DNA of 64,000 bases from Macrostomum lignano (taxonomy: Eukaryota): positions 99,515 through 163,514 of the forward strand of contig NIVC01002106.1 of assembly GCA_002269645.1 (NCBI GenBank), in the 5' to 3' direction. This document shows positions 42,319 through 53,303 of this stretch, in pieces; position 1 is the first letter of the stretch, and each line of letters opens with the position of its first letter. The notes beneath the pieces are model-generated. The model saw nothing but the letters and a program-made list of their open reading frames with translations, did not search any database and was not told the origin of the DNA. Position numbers and translations under genes: made by a program.

Positions 42319-43462
42319 GAGAATTTCCCGTGTGAGCTTTTCCTGCGGGAGGTTTTCCCGCAGGTTTTTCCCAGTCGGAAGCTAAAGTGAAATCCGATTT
42401 GAAATCGCTAATCTAGTCCAGTCTAGTTTTAATTTATAGACTAGTCTAGCTCTAATCTAGTCTAGTCTAGTTCTAATCTAGTCTATTCTAGCTCTAATCT
42501 AATCTAGTCTAGTTCTAATCTAGTCTAATCTAGCTCTAATCTAATCTAGTCTAGTTCTAATCTAGTCTAGTTCTAATCTAGTCTAGTTCTAATCTAGTCT
42601 AGTATAGTATAGTCTAGTTCTAATCATAGTGTAGTCTAATTCTAATCTAGTCTAGTCTAGTTTTAATCTAGTCTAATCCAGTCTAGTATAGTCTAGTCTA
42701 GTTCTAATCTAGTCTAATCCAGTCTAGTATAGTCTAGTCTAGTTCTAATCCAGTCTAGTATAGTCTAGTCTAGTTCTAATCCAGTCTAGTATAGTCAAAT
42801 CTAGTTCTAATCCAGTCTAGTATAGTCTAGTCTAGTTCTAATCTAGTCGAATCCAGTCTAGTATAGTTTACATGTAGTCTAGTTCTAATCCAGTCTAGTA
42901 TAGTCTAGTCTAGTTCTAATCTAGTCTAATCCAGTCTAGTATAGTCTAGTCTAGTTCTAATCTAGTCTAATCCAGTCTAGTATAGTCTAGTCTAGTTCTA
43001 ATCTAGTCGAATCCAGTCTAGTATAGTTTACATGTAGTCTAGTTCTAATCCAGTCTAGTATAGTCTAGTCTAGTTCTAATCTAGTCTAATCCAGTCTAGT
43101 ATAGTCTAGTCTAGTTCTAATCTAGTCGAATCCAGTCTAGTATAGTTTACATGTAGTCTAGTTCTAATCCAGTCTAGTATAGTCTAGTCTAGTTCTAATC
43201 TAGTCTAATCCAGTCTAGTATAGTCTAGTCTAGTTCTAATCTAGTCTAATCCAGTCTAGTATAGTCTAGTCTAGTTCTAATCTAGTCTAATCCAGTCTAG
43301 TATAGTCTAGTCTAGTTCTAATCCAGTCTAGTATAGTCTAGTCTAGTTCTAATCTAGTCTAATCCAGTCTAGTATAGTCTACAGACTGGATTTGATTTGA
43401 AATTCCGACTGGAAAGTCCGGCTGGCAAACCTCGGCGGGAAAACTTCCTGTGGGAAATTCTC
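42319..43462. mobile_element. Degenerate inverted-repeat (foldback-like) element enclosing a TCTAG satellite
   Basis: Left GAGAATTTCCC...GTTTTCCCGC...CCAGTCGGAA is mirrored by right TTCCGACTGG...GCGGGAAAAC...GGGAAATTCTC. No clear TSD. Confidence 0.5.
42410..43380. repeat. 41-bp satellite built from 5-bp TCTAG-like subunits
   Basis: Unit TTCTAATCTAGTCTAATCCAGTCTAGTATAGTCTAGTCTAG. A variant cassette GTCGAATCC...TTTACATGTAG recurs three times. Confidence 0.93.
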
Positions 43463-43749
43463 GTGCTCCCGAGCAGTAAATCGCCTCTCTTTTGGGTGCT
43501 AAACGGAAAAGCTGCAGTCGGTTTATCGGCAACAGAAATTCGACGTAGGCCGACGTATCACGTCGATATCCACCGGTGTAATGAAAAAAATATCCTTTTC
43601 TGCTTGAGAGGGTGGCATCGCTGAGCAGGGGTTCCATGATTTTCTACCCCGGTACTCTGAACCATTAGTTCGTATAAAGTTAGTTCGATCAGAGTATATC
43701 ACTGGGTCGTAATAACTGACAGCTGCTTTATGCACCTGCGGACAGTCAC

Positions 43750-44447
43750 CAAGGACGACTTAAGTAGAAGGACGGGAAACCTCGTTTCTTAGAAATTTTT
43801 TGAAGCCACTTTTTCCCGAAAAAATACACTGCGGAGATAGGAAATTTTCATTTTTTCAGCACAAAAATTGCTATAACTTTTGATAGGAGGCAGATCCAGT
43901 GTTGATCTTTTGATATGTTGTGCCTTTTTTATTGCTCTATCGATATTTATAAAGCTTGCCGTTCAGAAAATTAGGATTCTATGTTAATTTTTAATTCTAC
44001 GTATATTTTCATGTGTCTTGTGCTTGAAATACATTAGAATGCCACGGCTTGGCTCTTTGATTTTATGAGTCTATTTTATCCTTCTTACCTGACTGTATAG
44101 CAAATAGTCGTAACATAGATGATAAAATAAATTCATAAAACTAAATATTAGAGCTGTGTTATGCATTTTTGTGATTTTTAGATACAGGAAATATACGTAG
44201 AATAAAAAATTAACATAGAATCCTAATTTTCTGAACGGAAAGCTTTATAAATATCGATAGAGCAATAAAAAAGGCACAACATATCAAAAGATCAACACTG
44301 GATCTGCCTCCTATCAAAAGTTATAGCAATTTTTGTGCTGAAAAAATGAAAATTTCCTATCTCCGCAGTGTATTTTTTCGGGAAAAAGTGCCTTCAAAAA
44401 TTTTCTAAGAAACGAGGTTTCCCGTCCTTCTACTTAAGTCGTCCTTG
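43750..44447. mobile_element. Non-autonomous DNA transposon / foldback element, 698 bp, ~260-bp TIRs, 8-bp TSD
   Basis: Starts CAAGGACGACTTAAGTAGAAGG and ends CCTTCTACTTAAGTCGTCCTTG. The arms 43750-~44008 and ~44189-44447 are reverse complements with few mismatches. Perfect TSD ACAGTCAC at 43742-43749 and 44448-44455. Confidence 0.93.
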
Positions 44448-45440
44448 ACAGTCACTTTATGGGCCTGATTCACAGTTGACGCCCCAGACTCCGCTTCAGG
44501 GTCTCCTTGGCCGAACCACCCCCTGTGGAGCGAGGGGTGCAATCGTGTAGAGACAGAAATAGTTGAAGAAGCATCCGAACCTGGTCCCCAGCACACCCAG
44601 GAGATCAAATAATTTGAGAGCTAGGCTATAGGCAGGTTTATCCCCATCAGCTTCATCCGCCTCGGTGTCTGGCGGCTCATCAATTTTTTCTGACACGACA
44701 CTTTACTGCGCCCTCCGGCTGAAATCCCCGCTCACCCGAGGGATTCGAACAAAAGGGGGCAGGTCAATGATGATCCACGATTGGCAACACCGCATAGAAT
44801 TGGGAGGAGATCAGGCTAATCCACCTGTAATCCCCTCACGGGTCCTCGACGCGTTCCGATCTTCTCTCAACCGATTGCTCAATTGACGATGGCGGAGGGT
44901 GAAACGCCATTGCGGTCTGGCCGGCTGCCAAATCAGCCAATTTCACGGGCTTGCGGGTTCTAATTTTCGACAAAATTGAGACAATCAACAGATGCGGATT
45001 AGCGAAAGAATTTAGGATTATTTATATGTGGAGGGGAAAGAGTGGCTGGAAAAAAATTATGGTGATGACCCGGTCATCTTTCCAGAAATTACGCTTGTGT
45101 ACGTGATTTAAGAGAGACTTAACCACCATTAAATGCAGCCTCGGACAATATTAACCACATTAAGCTCACTTTAAGTTATTACGATGGCACGGAATGATGT
45201 GACAGCTCGTATCAATCTGACGAACTGCATGGGTTTCCGCTGTCTATGGAATTTGGAATAGCCAATGAAATGGAGGGGGGGGGGTACCAGGATACCAAAA
45301 GTCGAAAAAGAGCAAAAACAAAAACAGTAATCCATTATTTTCTTTCCTCCATGAGTATACCACAGAGTTCTGCTCCTGTTTAAACCTTCCTTTAAATCCA
45401 CAAATAGATTTAAATCCTGTTTAAATCCACAAATCTACGA

Positions 45441-46443
45441 AAACAACAACAACAACAACAGAATACGCAGTTAGCGTCACAGGGCGCGCTTCAAGGCCAG
45501 GTCGCGAATGAACGCCAAGCCGCCGGCCGAATCCGGGACGCCGGCGTCAGCCAGCAGGCAGTCGACGAAACGCCGAGTGCGCGCCTGCCCCTGCCGGTAG
45601 GTGCCTGCAGCGTCAGCAGCAGCACCTCCTGCACCGGCTGTGGGCAGTACGACTCGGCGCGGATGAAATGGCCTGCCAGTTGGAGTCGCCGACGGCGCAA
45701 CAGGTCGCTTGGACGGACCAGGCCGGCGCGGCGATACAAAGCCGCGTTGGTCACTCGCTCGTAGCCGATCTTGAAGGCGGCGCGCAGCAGCCCAGCGTGC
45801 GCCGCGTCGACTTGTTGCTCGAGCAACTCCGTCAGCGTCCAGGTCTCGGCGTTGTACAGCAGGCCGGTCTCGATCACCGCCTGGAACAACGCCGCCCTCT
45901 GGCGGTCAGGTAAGGCCTCGGACTGCAGGACTGCCCTCACAGAACGAAAGGCAGCCCAGGCAAGCCCGCAGCGACGCCGCAAATCCTCGCGGACGCTGGG
46001 AACCAGACCGCCGAGGTAGACCAACTGCTGACAACGCGGAAGCTCTGTCGCCTTTCCATCAGCGCTTCGGCACAAAATCATAGCCTCGATGTCGTCTGGC
46101 ACGCAGAGCATGACGGTCTTCTGCGTGTTGACCACCAGGCCGACACTCGCCGCAACAGCAACTAGCTTGTCCATTTGTCGCTGGGCGCCCTCGACAGTTA
46201 AGGACAGCAGGGCGAGATCGTCGGCGTAGCCAAGCACGCTGAGCCGCCTCTCCGGTTGACGTCGACCCACGCGTCGCCGCAACAGAAAGCCGTCGTCGTT
46301 GGTAGGAAGAGCGGTCCGCAGCACCCAGTCAAGCACCAGAACGAACAGGAACGGCGCAAGCGTATCTCGACCAGACCAGACCGCCGAGGTAGACGAATTG
46401 CTGACAACGCGGAAGCTCTGTCGCCTGTCCATCAGCGCCTCGG
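45441..46443 (-). mobile_element. 5'-truncated non-LTR retrotransposon (RTE-like), RT C-terminal half
   Basis: Motifs (G)DTLAPFLFVLVLDW, YADDLALL, VYLGG, LLYNAETW, RRRRLQLAGH. A frameshift near 45600 is seen; the corrected frame ends ...RDLALKRAL* at 45477. The (TTG)n 3' tail lies at 45442-45460. Confidence 0.92.
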
Positions 46444-48553
46444 AAAGGAAAGCTAAAAGTGACGCCTTGCGCAGACTACTCGTAAGATTCGATTTCAATT
46501 CGGAAGAAGCATTATCCAGCGATGACTCGACGGAGATTGAATCAGAATTGAGTCGGAAAGCATGGATTCAGAATAGCAGAATCCCGAGAGAATTGCAAGA
46601 AAAATGAGTGGTTGCTCATGCAGGTCTTCATGAGGTGCAATCAGACACTCGGACCTCGGGAACAAAGGCTGTCTACCTTCAGGACACAAGCATTCCTGCC
46701 GCTTGCACTGATGTCGCAGAGTTCGTCGCAGTGGTCAAGTTGAACAAATTCCGACTTGATGCATCCTTGATGTACGCACATGTCAAAGCCTGATTTCAGC
46801 ATTCTTGACCGCCTGCCCAGCTGTACATGCCGCTAATTACCGTTGTTAATCCCCGGAATAAATGCTCGTTAACCGACCAAAGAAAGCTGCACAGAATTTC
46901 TAAATTTTTTTCAAGACCCCACAGTCAGAACAATTTTGTCATTTTGCGAAAAAAGTTGGCCTCCCCCCCCCCTACTCGAGTCCCCGACTTTGAGCACTGC
47001 CGCTGAGCCGCGCAGCGGAAACCGAGTTCCCCTGCTCCGGCCGAGCAAGGAGCGGAAGCTGGGAAAATGGTTAGACGAAGATGGGGGCGCCGCTCGCATC
47101 ATTGAGCATAATTGGCCGGAGAGGGGATTTCAGGCTGACAGGGGGGGGGGGTGCGCAGGTGAGGCGCTGCCCTCTCGCCCGTCAGCCCGGGCCTAATTGC
47201 AGCAGATCATGCCCCATAGTTGCGGCCTTAATCTGTATTATTTGAACCTAATTACCCGGAGATTATGTCACAGAATGGGATCATTAGATTATCAGGGCAG
47301 ATTTCGGAGGCACTTCAAGCCAGAGCCAGATATTGGCGGGTGAGCTCCGGGATTTCCAGCTAGTTTCTCAGCTCTGAAGCTGGCTGCATCGCTTCCCCTA
47401 ATTAGGGCCAATTAAAACCACCTGGCCAGGGCATGCTCAACCCATTATGCTTACTATAACACTCCCTAGCGTGCTGCGTCACCTCAAATATAGCCTCCTT
47501 AGCGAGAGCAACAGCCCAGCTGCATAAGAGAAATATCCTAGGTGCTTTTCTGAATCTCCCACCCCTTCTCCTCCCTGAGCCCGATCTGCAGTCTGGGCGC
47601 GAAATCCCCCGCCTAGACAAATATATTCCCAGCTCAGCTCCAACAAGCCGATCAATGAGCTGCTAATGATCAGTTTTCTTTGTGTTAATTAGATGAGCGG
47701 GGGCTGCAATGATGCCTGATTCGTCCCTATAGGCCAGATTTTCGCCCCCCGACCAATTTGCCGAGCAGAAATTCGATTAGCGAGAAGGACTGGCGGTCCC
47801 CCGCCGCGCCCACGGTCTGCCCGCGGCTTCTCCAGCAGAGATCAGTTAAACAAAAAAAGAGATTCCAGCGCCAAGGGGCGGCGGCAGCGGCAGTTTAGCC
47901 CGAGATTAATTGCTGCTAATTTGGCATGCAGCCTGTGGGATCTGCCGGCCTCGGCCGCTTTCTCCTATGGGGCGGGGTTGGCTTGTAATTGAGTCCATCA
48001 AATCCTATTAGCGCCCGTGATTGGCCGCTCTCGTAGCGTGCCGAGCTCCCCTCATTCTCAGCCCTCTCACTTTCTTCCCTCGTTGGCCCGGCCCTGTCAG
48101 CCAGCCGTTGATTTCTTGATTTTGAAGTTCGTTTCCAGCTAAATCGAATTTCTGTCGGCAAATTCAACAGATTTTAATGAACCGGCGCCAACAGGGGACT
48201 CAGCGTGGTTAGCCCAAATCCTCTGCTGATCTTCTGCATCAGTTTTTTTTTGAATGGCCCTGCGGCAGATTGGCGGGCGAGCAAATTTCTGGGATAAATT
48301 AATCAAGGAGTAACAACAGAGAGGAACACGCAAATCCTTAATTTGTCTCGAACTTGGCGATTTCGAAGCTCTAAGAAATTAAAGAGGCAAAAAGAGGCCC
48401 GGCATGGAGTGCTGGTTAAAAGTTCCAGAAGGTTAAAAAAAAACAATCGCAGCAAGCGCCAGACGAATAGATAAAATGAGGCGCCACACAAGAGCGCCAC
48501 ACAGAGGTGCCAAGCAAAACGCCGCTACTAGATGCCAGAAGCAAAAAAGTTGC

Positions 48554-49643
48554 GCCAGAAGCAGAGCCAGAAGCAGAGCCAGAAGCAGAGCCAGAAGCAG
48601 AGCCAGAAGCAGAGCCAGAAGCAGAGCCAGAAGCAGAGCCAGAAGCAGAGCCAGAAGCAGAGCCAGAAGCAGAGCCAGAAGCAGAGCCAGAAGCAGAGCC
48701 AGAAGCAGAGCCAGAAGCAGAGCCAGAAGCAGAGCCAGAAGCAGAGCCAGAAGCAGAGCCAGAAGCAGAGCCAGAAGCAGAGCCAGAAGCAGAGCCAGAA
48801 GCAGAGCCAGAAGCAGAGCCAGAAGCAGAGCCAGAAGCAGAGCCAGAAGCAGAGCCAGAAGCAGAGCCAGAAGCAGAGCCAGAAGCAGAGCCAGAAGCAG
48901 AGCCAGAAGCAGAGCCAGAAGCAGAGCCAGAAGCAGAGCCAGAAGCAGAGCCAGAGCCAGAAGCAGAGCCAGAAGCAGAGCCAGAAGCAGAGCCAGAAGC
49001 AGAGCCAGAAGCAGAGCCAGAAGCAGAGCCAGAGCCAGAAGCAGAGCCAGAAGCAGAGCCAGAAGCAGAGCCAGAAGCAGAGCCAGAAGCAGAGCCAGAA
49101 GCAGAGCCAGAAGCAGAGCCAGAAGCAGAGCCAGAAGCAGAGCCAGAAGCAGAGCCAGAAGCAGAGCCAGAAGCAGAGCCAGAAGCAGAGCCAGAAGCAG
49201 AGCCAGAAGCAGAGCCAGAAGCAGAGCCAGAAGCAGAGCCAGAAGCAGAGCCAGAAGCAGAGCCAGAAGCAGAGCCAGAAGCAGAGCCAGAAGCAGAGCC
49301 AGAAGCAGAGCCAGAAGCAGAGCCAGAAGCAGAGCCAGAAGCAGAGCCAGAAGCAGAGCCAGAAGCAGAGCCAGAAGCAGAGCCAGAAGCAGAGCCAGAA
49401 GCAGAGCCAGAAGCAGAGCCAGAAGCAGAGCCAGAAGCAGAGCCAGAAGCAGAGCCAGAAGCAGAGCCAGAAGCAGAGCCAGAAGCAGAGCCAGAAGCAG
49501 AGCCAGAAGCAGAGCCAGAAGCAGAGCCAGAAGCAGAGCCAGAAGCAGAGCCAGAAGCAGAGCCAGAAGCAGAGCCAGAAGCAGAGCCAGAAGCAGAGCC
49601 AGAAGCAGAGCCAGAAGCAGAGCCAGAAGCAGAGCCAGAAGCA
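48554..49643. repeat. 12-bp minisatellite GCCAGAAGCAGA, about 91 near-perfect copies
   Basis: Only two 6-bp insertions interrupt it. Explains six overlapping long ORFs. Confidence 0.98.
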
Positions 49644-50184
49644 ACGTAACACGCAGACGAATCTGTGAAGAAAATGCTACTAATCTTAAAAATTCGAATT
49701 CGAATGTCATTCTGAATCATTTAAACAAACAAAATTATTTGATAATTATAAAATCTACATTGCATGGCATTGATTCGTCTTACTGCTTTCACACTGAGAT
49801 GCCGGCCCGAAAAGACGAGCTGACAGATGCAGGAAAGAGCTGCGATTTCGGTCCATTAGCAAGGCGAGCTTTGTGGCTCGAAAATGAAGATTGAGAAGAA
49901 GTTAAGAATCACGAAAGCCCCAGCTATACGTTTGATTTAAGAAGGGGGGAGATTTATCCCATTTAACAAGCGATGGCGTGCGGCTAATGGGAGTTTCATT
50001 TTGGCAAAGCCTTTCGGCAAGGTGTGGGGTGGAGGGGAGACCCGGGTTAAGTGGCCAGCTTAGCTGACTAGAGGGCCTCTCAAGACTCCAATTAACTTTC
50101 ACTCAGACCTACCCAGCCACTTGTAACTAACCGGCTTAAGTCTGCTCATTTTCTTGCGCTCCTGACTACAGCTCAAATACATTC

Positions 50185-50790
50185 TCAAATCCCGTATCTA
50201 AATTCTTAAATCTCACATCTAGATTCTCAAACCCCATATCTAGATTCTCAGATACCATATCTAGATTCTCAGATCCCATATCTAGATTCTCAGATACCAT
50301 GTCTAGATTCTCAAATCCCGTATCTAGATTCTTAAATCTCACATCTAGATTCTCAAATCTCAAATCTAGATTCTCAAATCTCACATCTAGATTCTCAGAT
50401 ACCATATCTAGATTCTCAGATCCCATATCTAGATTCTCAGATACCATGTCTAGATTCTCAAATCCCGTATCTAGATTCTTAAATCTCACATCTAGATTCT
50501 CAAATCTCAAATCTAGATTCTCAAATCTCACATCTAGATTCTCAAACCCCATATCTAGATTCTCAGATCCCATATCTAGATTCTCAGATACCATGTCTAG
50601 ATTCTCAGATCCCATATCTAGATTCTCAGATACCATGTCTAGATTCTCAGATCCCATATCTAGATTCTCAGATACCATGTCTAGATTCTCAGATCCCATA
50701 TCTAGATTCTCAGATACCATGTCTAGATTCTCAGATCCCATATCTAGATTCTCAGATACCATGTATAGATTCTCAGATCCCATATCTAGA
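50185..50790. repeat. 21-bp minisatellite TCTAGATTCTCAGATCCCATA
   Basis: About 29 units, most carrying TCTAGA, with a higher-order block duplication. Confidence 0.93.
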
Positions 50791-50864
50791 TCCTTCTTAG
50801 GTTTAATTCTAAAAACTCGAACTTTTGAAGCATGAACTCGTTTTTTTATTATAATCTTTTCTAG

Positions 50865-51172
50865 ATTTACCTAGACCCTTGGGATCTCATTTAGGCCCTT
50901 GAGATCTCATCTAGACCCCTGGAATCCCATCAAGACGCCCTGGAATCCCATCTAGACCCCTAGAATCCCATCTAGACCCCTAGAATCCCATATAGACCCC
51001 TAGAATCCCATATAGACCCCTGGAATCCCATCTAGACCCCTAGAATCCCATCTAGACCCCTGGAATCCCATTTAGACCCCTGGAATCCCTAGACCCCTGG
51101 AATCCCATTTAGACCCCTGGAATCCCATCTAGACCCCTGGAATCCCATCTAGACCCCTGGAATCCCATCTGG
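50865..51172. repeat. 20-bp minisatellite TCTAGACCCCTGGAATCCCA
   Basis: About 15 units, related to the adjacent 21-bp array. Confidence 0.9.
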
Positions 51173-51467
51173 ATCACTGCTCGCACACGCAGTCCCCATA
51201 TCTCAGAGCGCACAATGTCGAACAATCAAAAACTGATTCGAGCAGTTCCCCAGGCCGCTCTGCCCGCGCCAATCAAGCCCGCAGTCTCTTCCCTGATTGG
51301 GTAGCAGAGGATGAGAAGGGACTGGGGGGGGGGAGGATTCTTGAGCTGTTCGAGTCGGCTCGAGTCCGCGATATTAAAACTAAAGCGGCAATTTTCTCTT
51401 GCCAGCTAAAAGCAACACCAATTTCTGCTTTTATTTCTGTCAAGAAATCCACAGGAGCAGAAGCAGC

Positions 51468-51753
51468 ATGACCGCGCAGAAGCAGCAGATCCTCGGCAGC
51501 GCGTTCAAGATCGACAACCTGCTGAAGGACACGGCGTCGCCTGTCAAGTCCTCCACGTCGTCGGCGATTTCGGCGGAGCTGTCGGGGATGCTCGCGACTG
51601 GACTGCAGCACCAGCCGCCGCCGCCGCCGCCGCTGCCGTCGACTCCCAGAATGCCGTTTGACTTTGCCGCCGGCTTCCCCTACCCGCCGCTTCTGCCGCC
51701 CCTGAGCGGCGCCTACAAGTGCGACTCGGCCGCCTTCTTCCTGCCCGGCGGCG
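51468..51753 (+). CDS. bsx: Brain-specific homeobox (Bsx/Bsh), exon 1
   Basis: MTAQKQQILGSAFKIDNLL contains the eh1 motif FxIxxLL, followed by a Pro-rich region. Donor G|GTAAGC, phase 1. Confidence 0.85.
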
Positions 51754-51754
51754 G

Positions 51755-53303
51755 TAAGCTGGGATAAAATTGGGATAAATCTCCCATCATTGACACACAC
51801 TGAGGTAGATTGGGATAAATCTCCCATCAGTGACACACACTGAGGTAGATTGGGATAAATCTCCCATCATTGACACACACTGAGGTAGATTGGGATAAAT
51901 CTCCCATCATTGACACACACTGAGGTAGATTGGGATAAATCTCCCATCAGTGACACACACTGAGGTATATTGGGATAAATATCCCATCATTGTTACACTG
52001 AGGTAGATTGGGATAAATATCCCATCATTGATACACACTGAGGTAGATTGGGATAAATCTTCCATGATTGGCACACATTGAGGTAGATTGGGATAAATCT
52101 CCCATCAGTGACATACACTGAGGTAGATTGGGATAAATCTCCCATCAGTGACATACTGGGGTAGATTGGGATAAATCTCCCATCATGGACACACTGAGGT
52201 AGATTGGGATAAATCTTCCATCATTGTCACACTGAGGTAGATTGGGATAAATCTCCCATCAGTGACACACACTAAGGTAGATTGGGATAAATATCCCATC
52301 ATTGTCACACTGAGGTAGATTGGGATAAATTTCCCATCATTGACACACACTGAGGTAGATTGGGATAAATCTCCCATCAGTGACACACACTGAGGTATAT
52401 TGGGATAAATATCCCATCATTGTTACACTGAGGTAGATTGGGATAAATATCCCATCATTGATACACACTGAGGTAGATTGGGATAAATCTTCCATGATTG
52501 GCACACATTGAGGTAGATTGGGATAAATCTCCCATCAGTGACATACACTGAGGTAGATTGGGATAAATCTCCCATCAGTGACATACTGGGGTAGATTGGG
52601 ATAAATCTCCCATCATGGACACACTGAGGTAGATTGGGATAAATCTTCCATCATTGTCACACTGAGGTAGATTGGGATAAATCTCCCATCAGTGACACAC
52701 ACTAAGGTAGATTGGGATAAATATCCATCATTGTCACACTGAGGTAGATTGGGATAAATTTCCCATCATTGACACACATTGAGGTAGATTGGGATAAATC
52801 TCCCATCAGTGACATACACTGAGGTAGATTGGGATAAATCTCCCATCAGTGACATACACTGAGGTAGATTGGGATGAATCTCCCATCATTGGCACACTGA
52901 GGTAGATTGGGATAAATCTTCTATCATTGACACACTAAGGTAGATTGGGATAAATCTCCCATCAGTGACATACTGGGGTAGATTGGGATAAATTTCCCAT
53001 CAGTGACATACTGGGGTAGATTGGAATAAATCTCACATCATTGTCACACTGAAGTAGATTTGAATAAATCTCCCGTCATTGTCACACTGAGGTAGATTGG
53101 GATAAATCTCCCATCAGTGACATACTGAGGTAGATTGGGATAAATATCCTATCATTGACACACTAAGGTAGATTGGGATAAATCTTCCATGATTGGCACA
53201 CATTGAGGTAGATTGGGATAAATCTCCCACCATTAACACACTGAGATAGATTGGGATATATCTCCCATCATTGACACACTAAAGTAGATTGGGATAAATC
53301 TCT
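51755..53303. repeat. About 40-bp hairpin-containing minisatellite (TGAGGTAGATTGGGATAAATCTCCCATCATTGACACACAC) in the bsx intron
   Basis: About 40 units with internal inverted repeat TGGGA-TAAATC-TCCCA. A 430-bp higher-order duplication places identical variant units at 51961 and 52391. Confidence 0.95.

Noticed and set aside
44405-44696. Protein-like minus-strand ORF (MSEKIDEPP...LFDLLGVLG)
   Set aside because: No recognisable domain or splice structure; possibly decayed element sequence.
46444-46793. Short ORFs flanking the LINE 5' end, including a Cys-rich antisense reading
   Set aside because: No motif could be matched with confidence and the frames are short and interrupted.
51399-51467. 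ORF-track extension of bsx from a TTG start
   Set aside because: It is pyrimidine-rich, acceptor-like sequence (CACAG at 51450-51454). The first ATG at 51468 directly precedes the eh1 motif.
51755-53303. CRISPR-like look of ~40-bp palindromic repeats
   Set aside because: Units are contiguous with no unique spacers, there are no cas genes, and the array lies in a eukaryotic intron.
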